From the IMG/VR virus record IMGVR_UViG_3300023213_000432, positions 64,001 through 128,000 of that record: a stretch of 64,000 nucleotides of DNA; one strand, written 5' to 3'. The translations under genes and the position numbers were made by a program. Positions 1 through 9,012 of this stretch are shown here, one piece after another. The stretch is from a virus. Taxonomy: Duplodnaviria > Caudoviricetes. Each line of letters starts with the position of its first letter. Positions within the stretch are counted from its first letter, which is position 1. The notes under the pieces are model-generated. The model was not told the DNA's origin. It saw only the letters and a list, made by a program, of their open reading frames with translations, and did not search any database.

Positions 1-21
1 GAGGGAACTGTAGTTAGTGTT

Positions 22-231
22 TTGAGCTTCGGAAGATTTTGTATTAATTTTTCTAACGGTATTACAAATCAATGGTTCGAAGGGAAACCTAGCATTCGTA
101 AAGAAGATGAATGGTTTGATCCACTAGACGAAGTGCCAACCCTTCGCTCTGATGAATTATCAAAACCTAAGAACGATTGGTGTTTATGTGGAATTTGGCA
201 ACAAGATTGTGTATATCATAAAAATTTGTGA
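22..231 (+). CDS. Hypothetical protein with C-terminal CxCGIxxxxCxYH Zn-binding motif (probably 5'-partial)
   Basis: Ends WCLCGIWQQDCVYHKNL; a related CPCGIHWSECPQH motif occurs in the split gene at 63112-63728. Confidence 0.55.
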   Translation: MSFGRFCINFSNGITNQWFEGKPSIRKEDEWFDPLDEVPTLRSDELSKPKNDWCLCGIWQQDCVYHKNL

Positions 232-710
232 GGAAAATTATGAGATTAATATTTTGTGTGATGTGGACATTTATAGCGGTATGGAATGGATTTTCGGCTT
301 ATTTGTGTTTTACGTCGCATCATCCAGTTTTTGGAGCTTTGTGCGCAGGTACGGCTCTATTATCTCTCTTAATGCTATGGTGGAATTTCAAACACCTACG
401 CGAATAACGAGGTGATTAATGAAAATAATATTGTGTGTGGTTTGGACGTTTTTTGTGATCTTGAATATTGCTTTTGCTTATTCGAGTTTCATGTCGCGGC
501 ACTTCGGTATGGGAACACTGAATATAGCCACAACTCTAGTTTCTCTCTTGATGTTATGGTGGTGGAGCTATGGTGGTGGAGCTTCAATTTTACATAAAGA
601 ATGGTGGAAAAAATGACTTTCTTTGTCTGCTTTTTTGGATTGTTTTTAATCCATCTGGTGCTACAGGATTGGTTAGACATTGAGGACGTAAAGAAAAGAC
701 ACCCAAACTA

Positions 711-1004
711 TTGGAGCAAAAGATCATGAATCCATATCGCGAACAAGATATTTCTATTACCAAACCCACCTTTTGGGTTAAACATACAAAAAGTTTAGCA
801 TATACATTTGTGCTAGCTTTAGGAATTGGTGCTGGAAGCGCATACACTTATTGGAAATTGACACACCCTAAACCTTGTGCGGATAAAGTTGAACGCGTTG
901 GAGACCTCTTAAGCACTTCATGTCCCTCTAAATTAGAATTCACTAATGTTGGCTATCAACTATATGCTATTTGTCGATGTCAAGAAACTAAAAAGGAGAA
1001 GTAA
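711..1004 (+). CDS. Hypothetical single-pass membrane protein
   Basis: Hydrophobic stretch LAYTFVLALGIGAGSAYTYW. Confidence 0.5.
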   Translation: MEQKIMNPYREQDISITKPTFWVKHTKSLAYTFVLALGIGAGSAYTYWKLTHPKPCADKVERVGDLLSTSCPSKLEFTNVGYQLYAICRCQETKKEK

Positions 1005-1005
1005 T

Positions 1006-1140
1006 ATGTATGGAGAGCCTGAAGATGTAGCGGGACAATGCAATGCTCATCTTTATATTGAAGATAATTTTGGTGACAATCATGCTACTATGCGATGCCA
1101 ATTAGCTCTTGGACATGCGGGAAAACATCGAGGTCAATAA
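1006..1140 (+). CDS. Small hypothetical protein; stop codon supplied by the adjacent isrB element
   Basis: AAGGAG upstream of ATG 1006; ends GGT CAA TAA inside the element end. Confidence 0.55.
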   Translation: MYGEPEDVAGQCNAHLYIEDNFGDNHATMRCQLALGHAGKHRGQ

Positions 1141-1435
1141 CCCATGACTAAACTCATGGGCTTGTGCGAAGGGAACCAGTCATTCTCTTTTGATCAAGAC
1201 TAAAATATTGTACTAGACGCAGATCAGAATAGGAGACATTAAGTCAAATAATAGATCAAATAGGCAGATCAGGATCGCTAATGACGAGACTGGAAAAGAT
1301 TACGCTACTGGATGTTTCGCTAGTCTGTAGCCGCATCTCCGTAAGGAGATGCCGATATCTCATCGATAATTTTATGAGGTATTCGCTGTGTTCTGCTTAT
1401 GTCGAAGCGAGTTGAACAAGGCACGTAAGTGCAAT
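1133..1435 (+). ncRNA. omegaRNA (HEARO-like) scaffold of isrB copy 1; guide = 5' flanking sequence; 3' end approximate
   Basis: HEARO-like blocks GTCAA..CCC/GGGCTTG, ACTGGATGTTTCGCTAGTCTGTAGC and TGTCGAAGCGAG; conserved in 6 copies. Confidence 0.85.
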
Positions 1436-2499
1436 TCTTTAGGAAAAGAAACAACATTGGTTCCCGTCATCGATAATCATAAACAACCATTAATGCCCTG
1501 CTCTGAGAAAAGAGCTAGGAAATTTATGGAGAAAGGCAGCGCTATCTCATATTGGCAGAAAGGTATCTTTTGCATTCGTCTAACTAAAGAACCTTCTAAC
1601 CGAAATAAACAACCCATTGCTCTTGGGATTGATCCGGGAAGTAAAAGAGAAGGATATACTGTCGCTACCAAGAAAGCGGTGGTTCTCAATATCACGACTA
1701 ATACTCCAAACTGGATTAAAGAACATATAGAAGCTCGTAGAAACCTTCGAAGATCTAGAAGATACCGAAAGACCCCTTATCGTTCTTGTCGAGAAAACAG
1801 AGCTACTTTACGAAAAAATCGTATTCCTCCTTCTACCAAAGCGAGATGGAACGCTAAACTGAGAATGGTTAAATTTCTTCTGAAAATTATTCCTATTACC
1901 ATCATTAATGTAGAAGATATTTCTGCTACCACTAAGAAAGGGCAGGCAAAATGGAATGCATCCTTTTCTCCTTTGGAGGTTGGAAAAACTTGGCTATATC
2001 AAGAGATAGAAAATTTAGGAGTTCAGCTTCTCAAAACCCAAGGATATCAAACTCAAGAAAAGCGAAATCAACGAGGCTTTCAGAAATCATCTTCTAAGCT
2101 TAGCTATTCTTGGAATGCTCATAACGTAGATAGTCATGTTCTTGCAGAGATAGCGTTAGGAACAGAAATCTCTCCATATTATGGATTGTGGAAAATAGAG
2201 TTTTTAGAATTTCATCGAAGACAACTTCATGTTCAGAATCCAATCAGAGGCAATATTAGAAAACAATATGGAACCACTATTTCTTTAGGAATGTCAAGAG
2301 GATCTATCGTGAAATATGAAGGTAAGCTTTATTATCTTGGAGGAAGCAGCAAAGATAAAATTGCTATTCATAATATCATTACAGGAAAAAGAGTTAAACA
2401 ATACGTCAAGATGGGAGATATTGACGTTTTATATACACAGAATAGGAGAGTTCAATTCCTCCCACGATTAAAATCGTGGGTCTCCTTGAACCAATTTTC
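1133..2499 (+). mobile_element. IS200/IS605-family isrB (OMEGA) element, copy 1, non-autonomous (no tnpA)
   Basis: Starts GTCAATAAC + hairpin CCCATGACTAAACTCATGGG; ends with hairpin CCCACGATTAAAATCGTGGG...CCAATTTTC followed by ATGA; ends shared with 5 other copies. Confidence 0.92.
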
Positions 2500-2503
2500 A
2501 TGA
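1457..2503 (+). CDS. isrB: IsrB RNA-guided nickase (PLMP + split RuvC, no HNH), 348 aa, TTG start
   Basis: PLMP motif; RuvC-I GIDPGSK; Arg-rich bridge helix RRNLRRSRRYRKT; RuvC-II VEDI; RuvC-III HNVDSH; no HNH motif. Confidence 0.9.
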   Translation: MVPVIDNHKQPLMPCSEKRARKFMEKGSAISYWQKGIFCIRLTKEPSNRNKQPIALGIDPGSKREGYTVATKKAVVLNITTNTPNWIKEHIEARRNLRRSRRYRKTPYRSCRENRATLRKNRIPPSTKARWNAKLRMVKFLLKIIPITIINVEDISATTKKGQAKWNASFSPLEVGKTWLYQEIENLGVQLLKTQGYQTQEKRNQRGFQKSSSKLSYSWNAHNVDSHVLAEIALGTEISPYYGLWKIEFLEFHRRQLHVQNPIRGNIRKQYGTTISLGMSRGSIVKYEGKLYYLGGSSKDKIAIHNIITGKRVKQYVKMGDIDVLYTQNRRVQFLPRLKSWVSLNQFS

Positions 2504-3645
2504 CAACAGCATCCAAAATTTTAACTAAGATGTTAGGAAGCGTGGTTCAGTCTTCCGCCAAATCATTGCTCGGCACCCAAATTAAAAAGACAGTGAATGG
2601 TCTGATCAAAAATCTTACTAAGAAATCTCAAGAGAATATTGAGAAAGAAATTGTTGAAAGACTTGGCTATATGAGTAGCCACTATCGTCTTGATAAGGAT
2701 CAAAATATTCTTTTTAAGCCGAGTCCAATTTTCTTTCATGAGTGGCTGAATAACTCCCCGATAATGGCGGGCAGGATCATTAAAGATGAAGAGAACGGGT
2801 CGATTTTCATTGATGACAAACTAATCGAAAATTCCCATAAGGTGGAAATTATCAAAGAGTTCATTAAAAATACTGATGCTCAATCTGCTGCATTGGGATC
2901 CTATTTGACTAGGGCTTTGGATTTCTTTGATGCCAGCGATTTCATTGGTAAAAAATTCGCCAAGACTTTTGATGGTTGGACAGAAGGAACTCCTAGCGTT
3001 ATTGATGAATTCTTGCAGGGATGCTTTGGAACCGCTCTGGAAACTGACGAAGAATATAGTCGTTTAATTTTCAGGAGATGGATGATTAGTGCAGCCCGAA
3101 GGATTATGAAGCCGGGTTCGGTTGCCGATCTGTGCTTCACTCTGCAAGGAAAACCGGGCGTTGGAAAAAGTGCATTTCTCAAAAACCTGATGCCATCGCC
3201 TTTTGATGAGCGCACCGGCATCGTCTATTGTGACATTCGTAACCCACAGAAACTTGTGGAAAATTTGATTGGATTGAGCATTGCTAATATGGACGAATTG
3301 AATATTTTGGAGATCCCGAAGACGACTGAGGTATTCAAAATGCTTTTAAGCGCTACTTCGGTGATTACCAGACTGCCTTGGCGTCGTGATCCTAAAAAGT
3401 TCGACCTCCGAGTTGCTTTTGCGGCGACCACTAATAAATCAAAATTCATTAATGATGAAGCTCTTAAACGAAGGATGGGAGTGATTGAATTGAACGGAAG
3501 CCAAAAACTTAATTTTCAATATCTTGAAGAACAAAAATCCAATTTATGGAAAGAATCAGTTTGGCTTGCTAATCAAGGAATCAGTTGCACTCTTGATATT
3601 AGAGAGCAGGAGCGTGTGGAATCATTCAATACAAAATTTATCTAA
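2500..3645 (+). CDS. VirE/VapE-like P-loop NTPase (primase-helicase type)
   Basis: Walker A LQGKPGVGKSAF; MDEL; RLPWRR..K; FAATTN; RRMGVI; true start is ATG 2500 just outside the element. Confidence 0.85.
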   Translation: MTTASKILTKMLGSVVQSSAKSLLGTQIKKTVNGLIKNLTKKSQENIEKEIVERLGYMSSHYRLDKDQNILFKPSPIFFHEWLNNSPIMAGRIIKDEENGSIFIDDKLIENSHKVEIIKEFIKNTDAQSAALGSYLTRALDFFDASDFIGKKFAKTFDGWTEGTPSVIDEFLQGCFGTALETDEEYSRLIFRRWMISAARRIMKPGSVADLCFTLQGKPGVGKSAFLKNLMPSPFDERTGIVYCDIRNPQKLVENLIGLSIANMDELNILEIPKTTEVFKMLLSATSVITRLPWRRDPKKFDLRVAFAATTNKSKFINDEALKRRMGVIELNGSQKLNFQYLEEQKSNLWKESVWLANQGISCTLDIREQERVESFNTKFI

Positions 3646-3897
3646 ATAAAGCAGAAAGCTCTCGTCTTTAAGCGAGAGATGAATGCGTTTTCTCAAAAAT
3701 ATTTTAACAAAAGTACGCATATGGTGATATATACATTAAACTAGATTGACGAAAACCAAGTCAATATAGCGGAATAAAACCTGTCTGGTTACGGAATATA
3801 GTCGGACATTAAACAAAAACGCGGTGAGGCGCTAGTAGAAGTATTAAACTAGGTCAATGAAACGCGAAGCTTTTGTTTTTAGGCAAAGGTAGTTCAC
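3642..3897 (+). mobile_element. Non-coding IS200/IS605-type MITE of a separate family; left boundary tentative
   Basis: Left hairpin CTCTCGTCTTTAAGCGAGAG; right end GAAG-CTTTTGTTTTTAGGCAAAGG-TAGTTCAC; removal after TTTAT leaves an in-frame stop for the convergent HNH gene. Confidence 0.7.
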
Positions 3898-4802
3898 GTT
3901 ACCTTGATGAATTTCTGATGTAGCCGAGTTGCTTCTAATAAGATGATAAGAAGTTTTTCGTCTGGAGTGATATTACGCTCTATCATCCACTCCCACACAT
4001 CTTTATTGCATTTGGATTGATTGCAACTAAGACATGCTGGAACAACATTGATTTTGGTGTGTTGTCCTTCTTTGAGCAGGGCAACAATATGATCCATGGT
4101 AAGATAATGGGGATGGTGATAATCTCCTAATGTTAATAAAACAATAGAACAATAGGCACATTTTCCATCAAATTCTTCTATACGGTCGGTCCATTGTTGG
4201 GTTGTGAGATCACCGCGGGCCGCAATGCGAGTGCGTTTTCCATTACTGACTGCACTCATAGCACGCATCGCCATTCGTCGTTCTGGCTTTTGTTCATATT
4301 CTTTTCGCCACGCTCTTCCTTCTAAACTTTGTTGCCATGCTTTTGTAGCATTCCTTCTTTTGGGGGATGCCTCATAAGCCTTAGATTTAGGAGTTTGACG
4401 ATACGCTTTTTCCCACGCTTTTCGCTTTGGTGCCCGACAATATTCTTTGATTTTTGCTTTGCCCTTTGAGCTTTGTCGATATTTTTTGCCAGCGGTTTTA
4501 TTGACGAAGATTCCTCTTGGTGTTTTTCTGTATATTTCACCAGCAATTTTATTACATTTAGGACACGATGCTAGATCAGCCGGATATTCGTGCAATCCTT
4601 TTTGACAGATACGTGTTTTCCCAATTCCACCGATCATCCTTTTTGCAATCCAGATCTCTTGACTTATTTTCTTACATTCTGGACATATTTTTAGATGACT
4701 TAGATATTCATGTAGTCCTTTTCGACATTTTTTCAATTCTCCTGTGATTGGTAGCAGTTTGCTCCTCCACTTCCTACACTCACTTTTTTGCATTCTGGAC
4801 AA
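3894..4802 (-). CDS. HNH endonuclease (homing type) with C..LH.Y...CP.C Zn repeats; C-terminal part
   Basis: CAYC...TMDHIVALLKEGQHTKINVVPACLSCNQSK. Confidence 0.88.
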   Translation of the reverse strand: MSRMQKSECRKWRSKLLPITGELKKCRKGLHEYLSHLKICPECKKISQEIWIAKRMIGGIGKTRICQKGLHEYPADLASCPKCNKIAGEIYRKTPRGIFVNKTAGKKYRQSSKGKAKIKEYCRAPKRKAWEKAYRQTPKSKAYEASPKRRNATKAWQQSLEGRAWRKEYEQKPERRMAMRAMSAVSNGKRTRIAARGDLTTQQWTDRIEEFDGKCAYCSIVLLTLGDYHHPHYLTMDHIVALLKEGQHTKINVVPACLSCNQSKCNKDVWEWMIERNITPDEKLLIILLEATRLHQKFIKVT

Positions 4803-5128
4803 GTGTAAGCGGTTTCAGGGTATTGATGCAATTTCTTTCGGCATAACTGCATGCCATCCACAATATCACCGCCTTTATATATACTGATAATGTTAGGATC
4901 GTTATGCCTTTGCATTCTGCCATAATGAACTATACAGTATCCTTTAGCGAGATTGCATGTCAAATTAGTTTCTGAACAACTATCGACTTTACATTTCTGT
5001 TCTTTTAACGGTCGCATCGGTAAACCCATGTCAATGTTATTTTTCCATCTATGGTAATGAACACGGCAATAACCTTTAGCGGAAGCGGGTCTTTCACACC
5101 ATTCTATCGAACATTTTGATTGGTTCAC
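4733..5128 (-). CDS. Cys/His-rich N-terminal part of the HNH endonuclease, joined to 3894-4802 by a -1 shift at an A6 run
   Basis: CSIEWC..AKGYCRVHY repeats; CRKKLHQY..CPECKK repeat continues in the other frame. Confidence 0.65.
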   Translation of the reverse strand: MNQSKCSIEWCERPASAKGYCRVHYHRWKNNIDMGLPMRPLKEQKCKVDSCSETNLTCNLAKGYCIVHYGRMQRHNDPNIISIYKGGDIVDGMQLCRKKLHQYPETAYTCPECKKVSVGSGGANCYQSQEN

Positions 5129-5319
5129 TTCTCCTCCAATATCGCCCTAATTCTCCGCAGTTTCTCTTCCGCATTCGAGAAACCATTATCCACCAATATC
5201 GTTCCATTTTCCATTTGTTTGGCATTAGGTATCTTTCCAGCCTTGAACCAACGATACGCAGTTATGTAAGAAATACCTTGTTCTTGTGCCCATTTACTCA
5301 ACTTCATTATAACCTCCAA
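5125..5319 (-). CDS. Small MerR/excisionase-like HTH protein resembling the IS607 TnpA N-terminus
   Basis: MKLSKWAQEQGISYITAYRWFKAGKIP...GTILV; no resolvase domain follows. Confidence 0.75.
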   Translation of the reverse strand: MEVIMKLSKWAQEQGISYITAYRWFKAGKIPNAKQMENGTILVDNGFSNAEEKLRRIRAILEEK

Positions 5320-5574
5320 TGGTATGTAATATTATGCCCATAAATGATAAGAAATAATAATGACAACACCTAAAAAGAAAAAGACGCCCGCCTCTATCAA
5401 AATAGAAATCAGACCTACAGATTTCAGCTTCTTATGCTGTGTTGTATGCAACGGATTCCATTGTGAATATGAATTGGTTTCCTATGTGTCGGAAGGCATT
5501 GTGGGAGAATCACAATATGGAATTCATAAGAATTGTATTAAGCATCTAAAAGGAAAGTAGAAGGAGAAAAAATC

Positions 5575-6192
5575 ATGAGGAAACAATTAGATGAAGCGTT
5601 ATGTCGAGACTTCCCGCTTACCTTTCGTGATCGCCACGGAGATATCCGTTCCTCATGTATGCCTTGGGGCTTTGATGTTTCCGATGGTTGGGAGCCATTA
5701 ATCAGAAAAGCTTGTGAGAAAATAGAGCCTCGCATTCAACAACTCATTGATGAAGGGAAAGAGAATGAATTTGTTCAGTATAAAGCTTCTCAATGTAAGG
5801 AAAAATTCGGGTCTTTAAGGTTCTACTTTACCTTTTGTGATGATATCATTGATGCCGCTATTGAAGAAGCCGAAAACGCTTCCGAACATACCTGCGAACA
5901 TTGTGGTGAGGACGGCAAAACTCGCGATGATGGCTGGCTCATTACCCTCTGCGATGAGTGTCATATCGAACGCATCACCAGCAAAGCCAGTTCCAATACC
6001 TTCTACGGTATCCTCGCTCACCTTCAAGGGCGCCGCGAAAATGCGTTTGATGAAATTGGGAAAGACAAAAAGATTTCTTTCAGCGGAGATCAGAAAACTC
6101 CTTCCGATGAAGCATTGAAGCAATACTGTGATTTCATGGATGCTGAAATTCAACAACTTAAAGTTTGGTTTAAAGAGAAAGAGTCAGGATAA
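5575..6192 (+). CDS. Conserved phage hypothetical protein
   Basis: GFDVSDGWEPLI..QCKEKFGSLRFY..TCEHCG..TLCDEC motif pattern; AGGAG SD. Confidence 0.75.
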   Translation: MRKQLDEALCRDFPLTFRDRHGDIRSSCMPWGFDVSDGWEPLIRKACEKIEPRIQQLIDEGKENEFVQYKASQCKEKFGSLRFYFTFCDDIIDAAIEEAENASEHTCEHCGEDGKTRDDGWLITLCDECHIERITSKASSNTFYGILAHLQGRRENAFDEIGKDKKISFSGDQKTPSDEALKQYCDFMDAEIQQLKVWFKEKESG

Positions 6193-6266
6193 AGGACGTT
6201 TCCCATCGCCTAACGGCAGTGATCCTCAAAATCCGATGCAAGCTGCAATATGAAAGAAAAAACCTG

Positions 6267-7979
6267 ATGACCGAATATAAACTCAAACATTTTAAACCGG
6301 GAGATCGTATCCGAGTTAAAATCGGAGGAGCTAAACGTTGGGCAACCGTTGTTCATAAAGGAACAAAAGGAGATGCCGCGACTACCTTGTATCTTGATAC
6401 GCCTTATCGCGGAGTCATCGGGGAAAGTTGGAATATAAATGAAGATAAATTCCGTCTGCTCCGTTATGAGAAGATGATTGAAAAATTAGGATTAAACACC
6501 ACTAGCAACAAATTTTGGGAAGCTTATCCTAATGAAACCATAGTGATTGATGTTGGGACTCGTGCTTCTAAAATCCCTAAAATCTCCGATCTTAAAGAAG
6601 GAGATTACATCAAGATTAATCATCATGGACACGTTTCTTGGGCTACGGTTGTTGAAGGAGCTGAAGATGCCGCGGATGTTTATTTAGATACACAAATGGG
6701 GGCGCCCCACAAATCATGGCTTGGTGATTCACAACATTTAAAATTGGCTCAAAAGTTTGGATTGAATAGCGACGCTCCTAATTTTAGAAGGATACGTGAT
6801 GATGACACTAAAGTTTTAGAGGTTGGTATTCCCAAGAAACCAGTTAGTCTTCCTGAAAAGGTTTATCAACTTGGCGAGCGAGTGAAGATTAAGGTTCTGG
6901 ATGACGGTAGGCGAATTACTGATGCCACCGTTATTGATGATGGACAAAATAGTACAAGAAAAGTACCTTTGTTTTACTTGGATAAATCATATGGGTGGTC
7001 TCCCAAAAAAGCAAAAGATGAATTAGCACAAGAAGCTTGTAAGAACTTTGGATTTAATGATAAAGAAAGTAAGGCTTGGTATGGATTTGAAGGTGACTTT
7101 CGATTTATTAGAACACTTGACGAAGAAATAATTAAACCAAAAGGAGAGAAAGAAATGCGTAGGAAAAAAATAAAATACAAGGTTGGTGAACGTATTAAAG
7201 TTCAGATTACCAATGATGATGACAAAAAACATCTAACTTGGGCTACCGTTATCTCATCTAAGGGTTTGGACGACGATCCTTATATGCCATTGTTGTATTT
7301 AGATAATGAGACCGATGATAGTTGGACATGGGATGAGGATTGGCAACGTAAAGCTGCCGTAAAGCAGAAAGCTGATCCCGACGAACCCAAATTTTGGTGG
7401 TTGTGCGCTATAGATACTGAAGTTGTGCAACGAGGAGAAGGAGACAATGTTATGGAAGAAGATAATAAGGATCACAAATTCACGGAAATGGTTAAAAAAG
7501 ACATGGTGGATGCTGGCTATCGTGTAGCATCCAATCAAATGGTAAAAGGCATCAAAGCCGGAGTTTTGAAACTTTTCAAGGATAAAGGAGCCGATGATGG
7601 CAAAATTGCAGTCCTTAAAGAAGTTCTCGATAGTGATGTAGGAAGCATGGCTATTTCACTTTTACTTGGTTATGGACTTGGATACGTGCCTAAGATCGGA
7701 GATGATCCGAGAGTAAAGAAGTTGTCCAAGGAATTCAGAGTTGAAGGCTTCACATTTGGAGGTAACTTGGCTGCGGATACTATCATGCAATATCTGGCAC
7801 CGGCAGTTATGGAAGCTGTTAATGCCCTTCCACCAGTTTCGGAAGTGGTGGAGACCGTTGCCGAAAAAACAGGTCTCAAAAAGAAGACCAAGAAACGTGT
7901 TGGTACTTCTGTTCGTGTTAAGGAAGAGGAACAAGAGCACGAAGAAGAGGAAACCAATGGCAAGCGAGCCCACGCTTAA
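6267..7979 (+). CDS. Modular protein A: 4 SH3/KOW-like repeats + conserved C-terminal DAGYRV domain
   Basis: Repeats K.G(D/E)R.(R/K)V...(W)ATV...LYLD; C-terminus DAGYRVASNQMVKG..LD..G..IS..LG..EFRVE. Confidence 0.8.
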   Translation: MTEYKLKHFKPGDRIRVKIGGAKRWATVVHKGTKGDAATTLYLDTPYRGVIGESWNINEDKFRLLRYEKMIEKLGLNTTSNKFWEAYPNETIVIDVGTRASKIPKISDLKEGDYIKINHHGHVSWATVVEGAEDAADVYLDTQMGAPHKSWLGDSQHLKLAQKFGLNSDAPNFRRIRDDDTKVLEVGIPKKPVSLPEKVYQLGERVKIKVLDDGRRITDATVIDDGQNSTRKVPLFYLDKSYGWSPKKAKDELAQEACKNFGFNDKESKAWYGFEGDFRFIRTLDEEIIKPKGEKEMRRKKIKYKVGERIKVQITNDDDKKHLTWATVISSKGLDDDPYMPLLYLDNETDDSWTWDEDWQRKAAVKQKADPDEPKFWWLCAIDTEVVQRGEGDNVMEEDNKDHKFTEMVKKDMVDAGYRVASNQMVKGIKAGVLKLFKDKGADDGKIAVLKEVLDSDVGSMAISLLLGYGLGYVPKIGDDPRVKKLSKEFRVEGFTFGGNLAADTIMQYLAPAVMEAVNALPPVSEVVETVAEKTGLKKKTKKRVGTSVRVKEEEQEHEEEETNGKRAHA

Positions 7980-8092
7980 AGAGGCCCTAGGTCTTGCTAG
8001 ACGTTGAGTCGATACCTCCATTGGCTCCGTCGCCCTAGACATACCTCGCAAATGGCAAGCTAGCGAGGCAATTCTTTAAAATTAAAAATCAA

Positions 8093-8455
8093 ATGAACAG
8101 TCAAGAAGTATTTGACCAAATTGTCAATCACCTTCGGCAACAAAGAGCTAAATCCATTGATATTTTAGGTCGGTGCGCCTATCGTGGATCGCAAGGTAAA
8201 AAATGTGCAGTTGGTGTTCTGATAAATGATGATGAATATTGTGATCAAATGGAGGGCAGCCCAGTGTGTGACCTTATTGATTCTGAGAGCAAGAGTCAAT
8301 ATGTGTCTATTGAATTGAGGGATCGTTTAAAACCTCATATGGAACTATTGAGAGCATTGCAGCTCACGCATGATCTGTCTGAGATTAAAATATGGGAACA
8401 ACAATTCAAAGAAATTGCCGAACATTTCAAATTGGAATATAAGGTGCTCAAATGA
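8093..8455 (+). CDS. Phage hypothetical protein, tandem paralog 1
   Basis: MNSQEVFD..HLRQQ..CAY..KKCAVG..EY..MEG; paralog of 8452-8904. Confidence 0.75.
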   Translation: MNSQEVFDQIVNHLRQQRAKSIDILGRCAYRGSQGKKCAVGVLINDDEYCDQMEGSPVCDLIDSESKSQYVSIELRDRLKPHMELLRALQLTHDLSEIKIWEQQFKEIAEHFKLEYKVLK

Positions 8456-8904
8456 GATCTCAAGAGATTTTTGATTGTATATTGAAACATGCTCGCCAAC
8501 AAGGTAAAAAATCTTTGTTTCCATCTGAGGAAGTGACTCAGTGTGCATATTTAAATAAAGATGGATTGAAGTGTTTTGCTGGCGTCCTCTTCGAAAAAGA
8601 AGAATATTCTAAAGCAATGGAAGGTTGTTCTATTCGCAATATTCTTCTTGGTCGAGTTCCTGAAATTGACAAGAAAATTGTTGAACAACTTCAGAAGAGA
8701 TTGTGGCAGCATGTGGATTTGATAGAACGCCTTCAAATAATTCATGATGATTATCATGTGGAACAGTGGGAGGAGAAATTTGTCCAAACAGCTAGAAAAT
8801 TTGGTTTGGAATATTCTCTTCCTCCTAAAAAGGAAGAATTAAAAATGGAAGAAATTTTGCAAGAGACGAAACCAGAAAACAAATCAGAAAACAAACAGGA
8901 GTAG
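8452..8904 (+). CDS. Phage hypothetical protein, tandem paralog 2
   Basis: MRSQEIFD..HARQQ..CAY..LKCFAG..EY..MEG; ATGA overlap with paralog 1. Confidence 0.75.
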   Translation: MRSQEIFDCILKHARQQGKKSLFPSEEVTQCAYLNKDGLKCFAGVLFEKEEYSKAMEGCSIRNILLGRVPEIDKKIVEQLQKRLWQHVDLIERLQIIHDDYHVEQWEEKFVQTARKFGLEYSLPPKKEELKMEEILQETKPENKSENKQE

Positions 8905-9012
8905 TGCCATGTGGTGGATTTTACGTAGAGTGATTTATATGTTGCTTAAAAAATTGGCGGACTGGCTAATCAAACTTTTGAAGCGTTGGTTGCGACGAAG
9001 ATATTGATAGCA

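Noticed and set aside
1457-2503. IscB or Cas9 call for the PLMP proteins
   Set aside because: About 350 aa with no HNH motif between RuvC-II and RuvC-III, which fits IsrB
2901-3449. Antisense ORFs over long genes (many in the track, e.g. 2901-3221, 7662-8051, 16717-17139)
   Set aside because: Shadow frames of well-supported genes with no motifs or RBS
5125-5319. IS607 transposase providing mobility
   Set aside because: No serine-resolvase catalytic domain; the element ends are of Y1-TnpA hairpin type
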